DNA of 64,000 bases from an uncultured Gemmatimonadales bacterium. GTDB taxonomy: Bacteria; Gemmatimonadota; Gemmatimonadetes; Gemmatimonadales; GWC2-71-9. Position 1 is the stretch's first letter. The number at the start of each line of letters is the position of its first letter. The DNA is taken from contig CAVSQW010000008.1 of assembly GCA_963730185.1 (NCBI GenBank), positions 480,001 to 544,000 of the forward strand, read 5' to 3'. Below the pieces are notes generated by a model. The model did no database searches and was not told the DNA's origin. It was given only the letters and a program-made list of their open reading frames with translations. Position numbers and translations under genes: made by a program. Of the stretch, positions 17,906 to 27,172 are shown piece by piece.

Positions 17906-19470
17906 CGGTGACGAGGCTCGTCCGGGGAAGCGAGCGGTTCCTGGCCAGCCGAGGGGCGCCGAGGGTGGCCGCGTTGGTGACGGCGGGGATCGTGTGGTGG
18001 CTCTGGGGTTCGCTCCGGCCGGAGCCCTGGGTGTACGACGAGGCGGCCTACCTGCTGCAAGCGAAGATCCTCGCCACGGGCCATTGGGCGGTTCCCGGGC
18101 CCCCGCTGCCGGAGTTCTTCGAGCAGTTTCACGTGCTGGTGACACCCCGGCTCGTGCCCAAATATCCCCCGGGGCACGCACTCCTGATGGTGCCTGGCGT
18201 CTGGCTCGGACTCCCGGCCTTGATCCCGATCCTGCTGAGCGCGATCTCCGGCGCCCTGGTCGTCGCCATCGGCCGCCGGGTGGCCTCGCCCTGGGTGGGT
18301 CTGATCGGCTGGCTGCTGTGGCTCACCGCGCCCGCGGTGCTTTACCTGCAGCCGAGCTACATGTCGCAGGTCTCCTCCACCTTCGTCTGGCTTCTGGTTT
18401 GGCTCCTCCTGGGGCGCTGGCGGGAGAGTGGCCGGACCGCGACCGTCGTCCTCTGCGCCCTGCTAGCGGCGATTGCCGTTCTCGTGCGGCCGGCCTCGGC
18501 GCTCGCCCTCGTCGTGGTCCCTGGTGTCTGGGCCGTCCGGCAGGCTCGGGTGACCGGACGGCTGCGCCAGATCGCGCTCGGGATCGCGGTGGCGGTCCCG
18601 GTGCTCGCGGTGCTTCCGTGGTGGAGCGAGGCCACGACCGGCCGTCTGTTTCCGACCCCATACAGCTACTATTCTCGCGTCTACGCTCCGTGGAACATGC
18701 CCGGCTTTACCGTGGACACGACCCCGCCGCTCCGGTCGCCGACGCCGGCCCTCCGGAAGTTCCGGGATCAATGGCTCCCCCTTCATCGGGCCCATCGCCT
18801 CGACCGGCTCGGGGCGATCGTGGTCAGGCGGCTCGCGGGGCTCGGGGTCACCTTTTTCGGCGAGCGCGGCTGGCGCTGGTGGCTGCTCGGCGCGTTCGTG
18901 ATCGGCGCCGTCGTCGCGCCGCCGGCCCTTCGCCTGGCACTGCTGGCCGTCGCCCTTCTCTTTGTGGGGTACCTGTCGATCGCAGCCCGCTGGCTTTGGA
19001 CCGTGTACTACCTCGAGGGGTTTCCGGTGATCGCTCTGGTGACGGCGGTCGGGGTGGTCCGCCTGGCCGACCTGGCGGCCGCCCCCCTCCGCCGGATGGG
19101 CGGACGGGTCCGCCCAACCTCCGAGACAGTCCTGATCGGGGGATTGCTATTGGCCGTGCCCGGCACCGTCGATCGGCTGGTCCGGGCCCATGAGCAGCAG
19201 ATCGATCTCCGGCTGGTCCAGAGCGACCTGACCCGGGCGATCGACGGCATCCCCGGGCGGGCCGTGATCTTCGTGGCGACCGGCCCGTCCCACCGGCCCT
19301 ACGAGAGTTACACGAGGAACAGCCCCGACCCGGCGAACACCCGAGTGTGGGTGGTCGAGGATCGGGGGGCCGACAACCGGCGCCTGCTCGAGCTCGCTCC
19401 GGACCGACGGCCGTATCGGTTCGACCCCGGGAACGGCAGCCTCACCCCGTGGCATCCGCCTCCGCCATGA
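17902..19470 (+). CDS. Multi-TM GT-C-fold glycosyltransferase-like protein, paralogue 2
   Basis: YDEAAYLLQA, KYPPGH, VRP; long blocks identical to paralogue 1. Confidence 0.72.
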   Translation: MTVTRLVRGSERFLASRGAPRVAALVTAGIVWWLWGSLRPEPWVYDEAAYLLQAKILATGHWAVPGPPLPEFFEQFHVLVTPRLVPKYPPGHALLMVPGVWLGLPALIPILLSAISGALVVAIGRRVASPWVGLIGWLLWLTAPAVLYLQPSYMSQVSSTFVWLLVWLLLGRWRESGRTATVVLCALLAAIAVLVRPASALALVVVPGVWAVRQARVTGRLRQIALGIAVAVPVLAVLPWWSEATTGRLFPTPYSYYSRVYAPWNMPGFTVDTTPPLRSPTPALRKFRDQWLPLHRAHRLDRLGAIVVRRLAGLGVTFFGERGWRWWLLGAFVIGAVVAPPALRLALLAVALLFVGYLSIAARWLWTVYYLEGFPVIALVTAVGVVRLADLAAAPLRRMGGRVRPTSETVLIGGLLLAVPGTVDRLVRAHEQQIDLRLVQSDLTRAIDGIPGRAVIFVATGPSHRPYESYTRNSPDPANTRVWVVEDRGADNRRLLELAPDRRPYRFDPGNGSLTPWHPPPP

Positions 19471-20489
19471 GCATTCCGATCCCGGCCGAGCTCGAGAGGG
19501 CCGACCTCCCTGAAATCGCCGTCGAGGCGGTGCCCGAGTGTCCGCTCTGCGGCGCGGTTCGGAGCGAGCCCTTCGCGGAGGGATTCGACTACGAGCTGTT
19601 GACCTGCCGCAACCGGTGGACGTTCGCCCGCTGTCTCGACTGCGACCACGTGTGGCTCGACCCGCGGCCCGCGATCACGGCGCTCGGCACGATCTACCCG
19701 CCGACCTACTACGCCTACGACTACGCCCGACGGATCCACCCGATCGCGGTCCGGGCCAAGCGCTGGCTCGACGATCGCAAGCTGGCGGCCATCCGGGCCC
19801 GGCTCGGGCGGCCGGCGACCAGCTACCTCGACGTCGGGTGTGGCGACGGTCGCTTCCTCCGAGCGATGGAGCGGACCGGCGTTCCCCGCGACCGCCTGTT
19901 CGGCCTGGAGCTCGATCCCACCGTCGTGAACGGGCTGGCGAGCGCCGGGTATCGGGTCGAGTGTGCCCGAGTCGAGGACGCCACCCTCGTCGGCGATAGG
20001 ACGATCGACCTGATCACTATGTTCCACGTGGTGGAGCACGTGGACCGGCCTCTCGCCGTGGTCAAGAAGCTGGCGCGGTGGCTCGCCCCGGGCGGCCTCT
20101 TGGCCCTGGAAACCCCGAATCGCGACAGCCTGGATGCTCGGCTGTTCCGGCGAACCTATTGGGGCGGCTACCACATCCCACGTCACTGGAGTCTGTTCAC
20201 CACCGAGGGGGTCGAAACGCTGCTCCGAGAATCGGGCCTCGAGCCGGTCGGGGTGCGCTATCAGACCGGTCATTCGTTCTGGCTCTACTCCCTGCATCAT
20301 GCCTTGCGATACCGCCTGCGGATGCCCCGGCTCGCCAAGTGGTTCGACCCGGTCGGGACACTGGGGCCCCTCGCCGTGGTCACCGCCTGGGACAAGCTTC
20401 GTGCCGCCATGCACTTCCGGACCTCTGCCGTGCTGGTCCTCGGCCGCCGTCCCGCAGACGAACGGGAGGGGCATGGTAGTTGCCCGTGA
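19467..20489 (+). CDS. Class I SAM-dependent methyltransferase with N-terminal Zn-ribbon
   Basis: CPLC...CLDC, YLDVGCGDG, MFHVVEHV, ETPN, HIPRHW; ATG 19467 overlaps the upstream stop. Confidence 0.9.
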   Translation: MSIPIPAELERADLPEIAVEAVPECPLCGAVRSEPFAEGFDYELLTCRNRWTFARCLDCDHVWLDPRPAITALGTIYPPTYYAYDYARRIHPIAVRAKRWLDDRKLAAIRARLGRPATSYLDVGCGDGRFLRAMERTGVPRDRLFGLELDPTVVNGLASAGYRVECARVEDATLVGDRTIDLITMFHVVEHVDRPLAVVKKLARWLAPGGLLALETPNRDSLDARLFRRTYWGGYHIPRHWSLFTTEGVETLLRESGLEPVGVRYQTGHSFWLYSLHHALRYRLRMPRLAKWFDPVGTLGPLAVVTAWDKLRAAMHFRTSAVLVLGRRPADEREGHGSCP

Positions 20490-20497
20490 GAGGTCAC

Positions 20498-21538
20498 ATG
20501 CCCCCCGCGTTGGAAACCCGTTCGGCGCCGGCCGACTCGGTGCCGGTCGGTCCGCTCGATCCCGAGCGTGACCCGTACCGGGCCTTTCGGCAGGTGCTTC
20601 TCAGTCCTGACCGAGTTCGGGAGCTGAGCCAGCTCCGGCCCGGACGGGTCGTGCTCGACACGCTCAAGGGGTGGGTCGTGATCGTGGCCGGGTGGGCACT
20701 GGTTGCCTGGCGGCGCGAGTGGTGGGCCGTTGCCCTCGCGATCCCGGCGATCGGCTCGGCCTACTATGGGCTCTTCATCATCGGTCACGACGGCATGCAC
20801 CGCCGGCTGTTCCGGCGCCGCTGGCTGAACGATCTGTGGAACGATCTGCTGTGCCAAGGCCCGATCGGCGCGATCACGCACGTCAACAACCGGAACCACC
20901 TCCGTCACCATCAACATCTGGCGACCGCCGCCGACCCCGATCGTCACAAACACACCTGTTTCGGCAAGGCCGAGCATGGAGAGCTGGTCGGATTCCTGTC
21001 CGGCCTCGTCGGCCTGGTGAAGACGGCGGTCCACGTGTTCCGTCCCAATGACCATCCCGTCGAGCGAGCCGCCGAGGAATCGTCGGACGGGTATTCGCCT
21101 CGCGACGTGGTCGTCGGCCTCGGGGTCCAGGCGAGCCTGGCGACCGGTCTCACGCTGGTCATCGGGTGGTGGGCCTACCCCGTGCTCTGGCTCCTGCCGC
21201 TCTATCTCTTCACCTATCTGGCGGACAACTTCCGATCGTTCGCCGAGCACTCCCATCCGGAATCCGACCGGAGGGCCGACTCGCATCGCCTGATCACCTT
21301 CCTCAGCAACCCGATCGAGCGCTGGTTCGTCGCCCCGAACAACATGAACTATCACGCGGTCCACCACCTCTGGCCGTCGATTCCGTACTACAACCTCCCC
21401 GGGGCCGATCAAGCGATTCGCCGGCACGCCGATGCGGTGGGGCTGGAATGGCGGTCGAGCTACGTCGGCTATCTGGCTCGATACTGGCGTGCCCAGCCGC
21501 TCCAGGAGTGTCGCCACGGGGCCGAACCCCAGGCTTGA
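20498..21538 (+). CDS. Membrane fatty-acid desaturase family protein
   Basis: Histidine boxes HDGMH, HLRHH, (AEH) and HAVHH; IPYYNLP; TM segments. Confidence 0.9.
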   Translation: MPPALETRSAPADSVPVGPLDPERDPYRAFRQVLLSPDRVRELSQLRPGRVVLDTLKGWVVIVAGWALVAWRREWWAVALAIPAIGSAYYGLFIIGHDGMHRRLFRRRWLNDLWNDLLCQGPIGAITHVNNRNHLRHHQHLATAADPDRHKHTCFGKAEHGELVGFLSGLVGLVKTAVHVFRPNDHPVERAAEESSDGYSPRDVVVGLGVQASLATGLTLVIGWWAYPVLWLLPLYLFTYLADNFRSFAEHSHPESDRRADSHRLITFLSNPIERWFVAPNNMNYHAVHHLWPSIPYYNLPGADQAIRRHADAVGLEWRSSYVGYLARYWRAQPLQECRHGAEPQA

Positions 21539-21551
21539 CGCCCGGCCATTA

Positions 21552-21582
21552 CCCTGAAATATTCAGGTATAACATTTCAGGG
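21552..21582. promoter_or_regulatory. Nested inverted repeats, probable PadR operator
   Basis: CCCTGAAAT (21552-60) / ATTTCAGGG (21574-82) and CCTGAA-ATA-TTCAGG (21553-67); overlaps the SD of padR. Confidence 0.65.
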
Positions 21583-21589
21583 GAGTTCC

Positions 21590-21925
21590 ATGGCCCGCGC
21601 CGCGCTCGACCTCCTCCAAGGCACCCTCGACATCCTCGTCCTCAAGGCCCTCTCCTGGGGACCGCGTCACGGCTACGGGGTGGCCAGCTGGATCAGGGCG
21701 ACCACGGAGGACGACCTGAACATCGAGGACGGCGCCCTCTACACGGCCCTTCACCGGCTGGAGCAGCGCGGGCTGCTGGAGGCCGACTGGGGCGTCACCG
21801 AGAACAACCGGCGGGCCAAGTTCTATCAGCTGACGGAGGCGGGCCGCCGGGAGCTCAAGGCCTCACGGTCCCGCTGGTCGGTCTACGCCGGCGCGGTCTT
21901 CCGGGTGCTCGACGCGAGGGCGTGA
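21590..21925 (+). CDS. PadR-family regulator (acidobacterial ADOP-associated type)
   Basis: LLQGTLDILVLKAL..GPRHGYG, GALYTALHRLE, WGVTENNRRAKFYQLT..GR. Confidence 0.95.
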   Translation: MARAALDLLQGTLDILVLKALSWGPRHGYGVASWIRATTEDDLNIEDGALYTALHRLEQRGLLEADWGVTENNRRAKFYQLTEAGRRELKASRSRWSVYAGAVFRVLDARA

Positions 21926-21927
21926 GG

Positions 21928-24636
21928 ATGCCGATTCGGGGTTTCCGAAGCCTGTTCCGCCTGGTCGGGCGGGCGCCGTCGCCGGCGGACGACGTGGATG
22001 CCGAGCTTCGGTTCCACTTCGAGGCGCAGGCCGAGGAGCTGATGGCGGGCGGGCTCTCCCGCGAGGCCGCCCGGGCCTTGGCCGAGCGTCGCTTCGGCGA
22101 TCGGGGGGCGTACCGGGCGGCGTTGGTCCGGCTGGGCCGGCGGGGCGCGCGGCGCCGGAGCCGGCGTGACCGGCTCGCTGGGGTCGCTCAGGATCTTCGG
22201 CAGTCGATCCGGAGTTTGACCCGGGCGCCGGCGTTCGTGGTGGGCGTGGCCCTCACCCTGGCGCTCGGCATCGGGGTCAACACGACCATGGTGGGACTGG
22301 TCGACGAACTGCTCTTCCGTCCGCCGGCGCACGTCGTCGATCCGAATCGGGTGGTCCGGTACGTCCTGACCGAGACGGACGACAACGGCACCAGCTACTC
22401 GAACACCGGGGTGACCTGGTACGAATATCGGATGCTGGCCGACGAGTCGCACACGCTCTCGACGGTGGCGGCGTACTTTCCCGGCAGCGTAAGCCTGGGA
22501 CGCGGTGAAACCGCCCGCCAGCTCACGGTGGCGGCGGCCACGCCGACCTTCTTCCCGCTGCTCGGCGTGCACCCGGCGCTCGGGCGGTTCTTCGGAGCGG
22601 CCGAGGACCCGCTCGACGGCGGATCGACGGTGGCGGTGATCAGCGATCGGCTCTGGGATCGCGATTTCGGCCGCGGCGAGGTGTTGGGTCGCACTCTCGA
22701 GCTCGGCCGGCACACCTACACCGTCATCGGCGTGGCGCCGCCGCACTTCAACGGCGTCGATCTCGACGCGATCGACGCGTGGCTCCCGTTCCAGACCGGG
22801 GCGCAGGAATTCGTCGGCACCAGCGGCGGTTGGCGGGAGACGTGGGATTGGCAATGGCTCCGGATCGTGGGTCGACTGGCCCCCGGCGTGACCCGAGCGC
22901 AGGCGGCGGCCGAAGCCACGGTGCTCTATCGGGCCCACACCGCCGACGTGGCGGATCGGAAGAACGACCGCGGGGCGGTGTCGCTGCCGTCGATCCTGGC
23001 CAGCCAGGGAGAGAACGCGTCGCGGGCCGCCCGGGTGGCCGCCTTGTTGGCCGCGGTGTCGGTGCTCGTGCTGCTGATCACCTGCGCCAACGTGGCGAAT
23101 CTGCTTCTGGCCCGCGGGCTGGCCCGCCGCCGGGAGACCGCAGTCCGGTTGGCCCTCGGCGTCGGGCGCCGCCGCCTGGTGGGGTCGCTGCTGTTTGAGA
23201 GCGGGATACTGACCCTGTTCGGGACGGTCGGGGGTGTGGCGCTGGCGGTCGCGGGCGGCCTGGTCGTGCGTCGCTGGCTCCTCCCCGACATCGACTTCGT
23301 GACCCCGCCGGTCGACGGCCGGCTCCTGCTCCTGACCGCGGGACTGGCGCTGCTGACGGCGACGCTCATCGGGCTGGTCCCGGCCCTCCGGACCACGCGG
23401 CCGGACGTCGCCCGCGAGCTTACGGCGGCCGGCGCGGGCGCGGGCGTGGCCCACCGTCACGCCCGGCTCCGCAACGGCCTGCTCGGGGTTCAGGGCGTGC
23501 TCTCGTTCGTCCTCCTGTTCGGCGCCGGGCTCTTTACCCGGAGCCTGCAGCGGATCGCCACCCTCGATCTGGGCTTTCGGCCATCGGGGCTGCTGGTGGC
23601 CGACGTCGATCTCTCCGTGCTCGGACTGAACCGGGAGCAGCGGATCGCCTTCTACGACGAGGCCTATCATCGCCTCCAACAGGTTCCGGGAATCGAGAGC
23701 GTGAGTCTGGGGTCGACCAATCCGTTCCGGAGCCGCTACACCGTGCAGGTGCGGTTGCCGGACCGGGACAGTCTGCCCCGGCTCGGCTCCGGTCGGCCTC
23801 GGGTCTCGGTGGTGACGCCGGAGTACTTCCGAACCATGGGGATCGACCGGCTCCGGGGTCGAGCTTTCACTCCCGACGACCGCTTGGGCTCGAAGTGGGT
23901 GGTGGTGGTGAACCAGACGATGGCTCACACCCTCTGGCCGGGGCGCGATCCGATCGGCCAGTGCATCATCGTGACGAAGGACGTCCCCGACTGCCGCGAG
24001 GTGGTCGGTGTCGTGGCGGACGCGAACAGCGAATCGCTGGAAGAGCCCCCGACGATGGCCTACTTCGTCCCCCACGCCCAGCCGACCGGACTCACCGGCG
24101 ATCGTGATCTCTTCATCCGGGTGGCTGGGTCGGCGCCTGCGATGATCGAGCCGATCCGCCAACTGATGCAGACGCTCCGGCCGGGGCTGCCCTACGCCTC
24201 CGTGCATCTCTTGTCCGACCAGATGGAGCCGCTGGTCCGTCCGTGGCGCCTCGGCGCCGCCTTGTTCGGGGTGATGGGCGCGGTCGCGCTGCTGGTCGTG
24301 CTGGTGGGGATCTACAGCGTGCTGTCCTACACGGTGGCCCAGCGGGTCAGGGAATTCGGCATCCGGACCGCCCTCGGCGCGAGTCAGGGGGACATCGTCC
24401 GGTCGGTGGTGGGGCAGGGACAGCGAGTCGTGGCGCTCAGCGTCGCCATCGGGCTCGGCCTGGCATTCCTGCTTGGCCGGCTGCTGGAGCCGATGCTGTT
24501 CCACACCTCGTGGCGGGATCCGCTCGTCATCGTCGGTGGGGTCGTCGTCGTGGCGGTCACCACCTTGATCGCCAGCGTCGTTCCCGCCGTCCGCGCCGGG
24601 GGAGTGGCGCCGCTGGAGGCGATGCGGGCGGACTGA
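21928..24636 (+). CDS. ADOP-type duplicated ABC permease with N-terminal prefix domain
   Basis: DVDAELRFH...A.RRFGD prefix; LITCANVANLLLAR; REFGIRTALGA; PLEAMRAD. Confidence 0.92.
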   Translation: MPIRGFRSLFRLVGRAPSPADDVDAELRFHFEAQAEELMAGGLSREAARALAERRFGDRGAYRAALVRLGRRGARRRSRRDRLAGVAQDLRQSIRSLTRAPAFVVGVALTLALGIGVNTTMVGLVDELLFRPPAHVVDPNRVVRYVLTETDDNGTSYSNTGVTWYEYRMLADESHTLSTVAAYFPGSVSLGRGETARQLTVAAATPTFFPLLGVHPALGRFFGAAEDPLDGGSTVAVISDRLWDRDFGRGEVLGRTLELGRHTYTVIGVAPPHFNGVDLDAIDAWLPFQTGAQEFVGTSGGWRETWDWQWLRIVGRLAPGVTRAQAAAEATVLYRAHTADVADRKNDRGAVSLPSILASQGENASRAARVAALLAAVSVLVLLITCANVANLLLARGLARRRETAVRLALGVGRRRLVGSLLFESGILTLFGTVGGVALAVAGGLVVRRWLLPDIDFVTPPVDGRLLLLTAGLALLTATLIGLVPALRTTRPDVARELTAAGAGAGVAHRHARLRNGLLGVQGVLSFVLLFGAGLFTRSLQRIATLDLGFRPSGLLVADVDLSVLGLNREQRIAFYDEAYHRLQQVPGIESVSLGSTNPFRSRYTVQVRLPDRDSLPRLGSGRPRVSVVTPEYFRTMGIDRLRGRAFTPDDRLGSKWVVVVNQTMAHTLWPGRDPIGQCIIVTKDVPDCREVVGVVADANSESLEEPPTMAYFVPHAQPTGLTGDRDLFIRVAGSAPAMIEPIRQLMQTLRPGLPYASVHLLSDQMEPLVRPWRLGAALFGVMGAVALLVVLVGIYSVLSYTVAQRVREFGIRTALGASQGDIVRSVVGQGQRVVALSVAIGLGLAFLLGRLLEPMLFHTSWRDPLVIVGGVVVVAVTTLIASVVPAVRAGGVAPLEAMRAD

Positions 24637-24654
24637 CCGGTCGCCCCAGGCCGT

Positions 24655-25758
24655 TCAACCGCCGGGCCGGATCAGCGCCTTGAGCACCTCCTGGCGCTCG
24701 ACCGCCGCCAGCGCCTCGCCGGCCCGGTCCAGGTCGTACTCCGCCGATACCATCTCGCGCCAGGGAACCTGGTCCTGGTGGCGCGCCGCCAGGCCGACCG
24801 CCCGGTGGAAGTGGGAGTAGTCGGATCCCCAGCAGCCCCGCAGGTCGACGTGCTTCCGGTTGATCTGGGTGTGGGGATTGATCGCCACGCTGCCGTGATC
24901 GGTGTACTGACCCACGACCACCACCCGACCGCCGTCGCGCACCAGGTCGAGCGCCTGGGCCACCGCCTGGGGGCGGCCGGCGGCCTCGATCACCACGTCG
25001 ACGCCGCGGCCTTGGGTGAGGGACCGGACCTCGGCCCACCGCTCCTCGTGGGGCCGGTCCAGGCCGATCGTGTGGGTGGCGCCCATCCGCCGGGCGAAGT
25101 CGAGCCGGGATGCCGGCGCGCCGATCGCGACGATGGTTCCGGCCCCGGAGAGCTTGGCCAGCGCGAGGGATGACTGGCCCACTGGGCCGACGCCCAGTAC
25201 CGCGACGGACTGCTCCAGCCGGATCTCGGCCCGGTCGAGGGCGTGGACCGCGGTGGTGAGCCCACAGCCGCCGGCGATGAAGGTCTGCGGGGCGAGGCCG
25301 GCCGGAAGCGGGATCATCTTGACGCCCGGCTTCATCCAGATCCGCTCCGACCAGCCGCCGAGGAGCCCGTCCCGGGCGCCGTAGGTGATGCCGTAGACCT
25401 TCCGGCTCGGACACCGGGTCGTCTGCTTGGCGACCAGGCACTGGTAGCAGGCATTGCAGGTTTCGTGGACGTCGAGGAAGGTCACGACATCGCCTTCCTC
25501 GAGCGGCACGCCTTCCACGCTGGTGACCTGGCCTCGAATCGCCACCAGCCGGCCGACCGACACGTGCCCCGGGATCAGCGGGTAGGGCACACCCGAGAGA
25601 CGGCCGTGGTGGAGATGGACGTCGGTGCCGCAGACCTCGGAGTAAAGGGTCTCGAGCAGGGCGCTCCCCGGTGCCAGCTCCGGCAGAGGATACCGCTCCA
25701 CCTGGACCGGTCGGTCCGGGGCGGGGAAGATGGCGGCCCTCGATTCGATCGATGGCAT
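24655..25758 (-). CDS. Zinc-dependent alcohol dehydrogenase (MDR)
   Basis: CGTD.H, PGHVSVG, structural CNACYQC..C, GVGPVG. Confidence 0.92.
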   Translation of the reverse strand: MPSIESRAAIFPAPDRPVQVERYPLPELAPGSALLETLYSEVCGTDVHLHHGRLSGVPYPLIPGHVSVGRLVAIRGQVTSVEGVPLEEGDVVTFLDVHETCNACYQCLVAKQTTRCPSRKVYGITYGARDGLLGGWSERIWMKPGVKMIPLPAGLAPQTFIAGGCGLTTAVHALDRAEIRLEQSVAVLGVGPVGQSSLALAKLSGAGTIVAIGAPASRLDFARRMGATHTIGLDRPHEERWAEVRSLTQGRGVDVVIEAAGRPQAVAQALDLVRDGGRVVVVGQYTDHGSVAINPHTQINRKHVDLRGCWGSDYSHFHRAVGLAARHQDQVPWREMVSAEYDLDRAGEALAAVERQEVLKALIRPGG

Positions 25759-25759
25759 G

Positions 25760-26590
25760 TCAGGTCGCCTCCAGGAGCTCGAGGGACACCCCGGCCGCCC
25801 AGGTCGGCCCGACCAGGATCGACCGCGGGCCGAAGGCGGCGTAGGGGACGCCGCGGGCCGACAGGATCCGCTGGGCCGCTACCAGGCTCCGGATCGCGAC
25901 GGTGATCCCGATCGGGGCCAGCTGGTCGGGCACCCGATGTCCGAGCCGGGCGCTCGCGTAGGTCGGCGTCACCAGCCAGAGACGGGTTCGACCCAGGGTT
26001 ACCGTCAGCCCTCCGGCACGGGGGTGGACCCGGGCCCGTCCCACCAGCCGCTCCCAGGCCGCGGCATTCGCGGCCAGCGCTGGATCGACCACGGTCAGCC
26101 CCGCCACCCCGAACGCGGTGTTCGGGTGCCGTTGGTGAGCCGGGAGCCACACCAGCTCGGGGGTGTGGTGCTGACAGAAGAACGCCGGCAGGCCCGGCGT
26201 GGCGTCGTCCCCGAGCGGGACGATCGTGAACCGCGCCTCGGCCGGCCCGGTGGGGCGGGCGACCGGACGGGCGAAGTCGACCGCCGAGCCCGCCGAGACG
26301 CCTCGTTCCCGGAGCGCGCCGGCCGAGGCCCGGGCGTCGTCGGTGGCCAGGGCGATACCGCCCAGCCCGTCGCCCCGAGCCTGGCCCCGGGCCCAGCGCT
26401 CGTTGCCCGGTCCCGGGGTGACGACCGAGAGGAGCTCCAGGTAGTCGCGCTCGAAGACGATGGTGTGGTTGGCGGTGCCCAGCGAGGGGTGGCCGCCGCG
26501 GGGCGTGAGGTCGAACCCGAGCCGGTGGTACGCCGGCGCGGCCCGGTCGAGCTCGCGAACGAAGACGATGGCGTGGTCGAGCGACGGCAC
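25760..26590 (-). CDS. VOC/glyoxalase-like family protein
   Basis: LDHAIVFV, LGF...GGH..GTAN, YLELL, FFCQH, HPN; GTG 26590 with SD GAGG. Confidence 0.85.
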   Translation of the reverse strand: MPSLDHAIVFVRELDRAAPAYHRLGFDLTPRGGHPSLGTANHTIVFERDYLELLSVVTPGPGNERWARGQARGDGLGGIALATDDARASAGALRERGVSAGSAVDFARPVARPTGPAEARFTIVPLGDDATPGLPAFFCQHHTPELVWLPAHQRHPNTAFGVAGLTVVDPALAANAAAWERLVGRARVHPRAGGLTVTLGRTRLWLVTPTYASARLGHRVPDQLAPIGITVAIRSLVAAQRILSARGVPYAAFGPRSILVGPTWAAGVSLELLEAT

Positions 26591-26698
26591 GGGCGTCCTC
26601 TCAGTCGAGCCGGTCCGCGAATCTAGGAGCGGACGGGACTTGAAACAACGTAGTCGGCACAGGTCTATTCCACCGGACCCCCACCTGGCTGAGTTCCG

Positions 26699-27061
26699 AT
26701 GCCCCAGCTCCAGAATCCGGACAAGATCCAGCACCACCTGACCAGCACCGCCTTCACCCTCGACGGCTACCGGATCGTCGAGACCCTGGGCGTGGTACTC
26801 GGGATCACGGTCCGATCCCGCTCGGTGGTGGGGACGATGTTCGCGGCGCTCGAAACCATCCGCGGCGGCAAGATCCAACGTTTCATCGAGCTCTGCGAGC
26901 GGACCCGGTCGGAGGCCTTCGAGCTGATGCTCCAGCACGCGGAGCAGCACGGCGGCAACGCGGTGGTGGCGATCCGCTACGACGCGACCGAGGTGATGCA
27001 GGGCGTCTCGGAAGTGCTCTGCTACGGGACCGCCGTGATCGTGGAGCCCGACGCCGCCTGA
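26699..27061 (+). CDS. YbjQ/UPF0145 family protein
   Basis: LGVVLGITVRSR, GGNAVVAIRYDA, EVLCYGTAV. Confidence 0.93.
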   Translation: MPQLQNPDKIQHHLTSTAFTLDGYRIVETLGVVLGITVRSRSVVGTMFAALETIRGGKIQRFIELCERTRSEAFELMLQHAEQHGGNAVVAIRYDATEVMQGVSEVLCYGTAVIVEPDAA

Positions 27062-27172
27062 TTCGTTGCTCGGCCGCGCGGCTCGCGGTTTTCCGTGCCG
27101 TGCTGCCGCGATCCGGTCCCCAGGATCGCGGCCACCGCCCTAGCTTGGCCTGACCCCTTCCGGAGTACGGCC

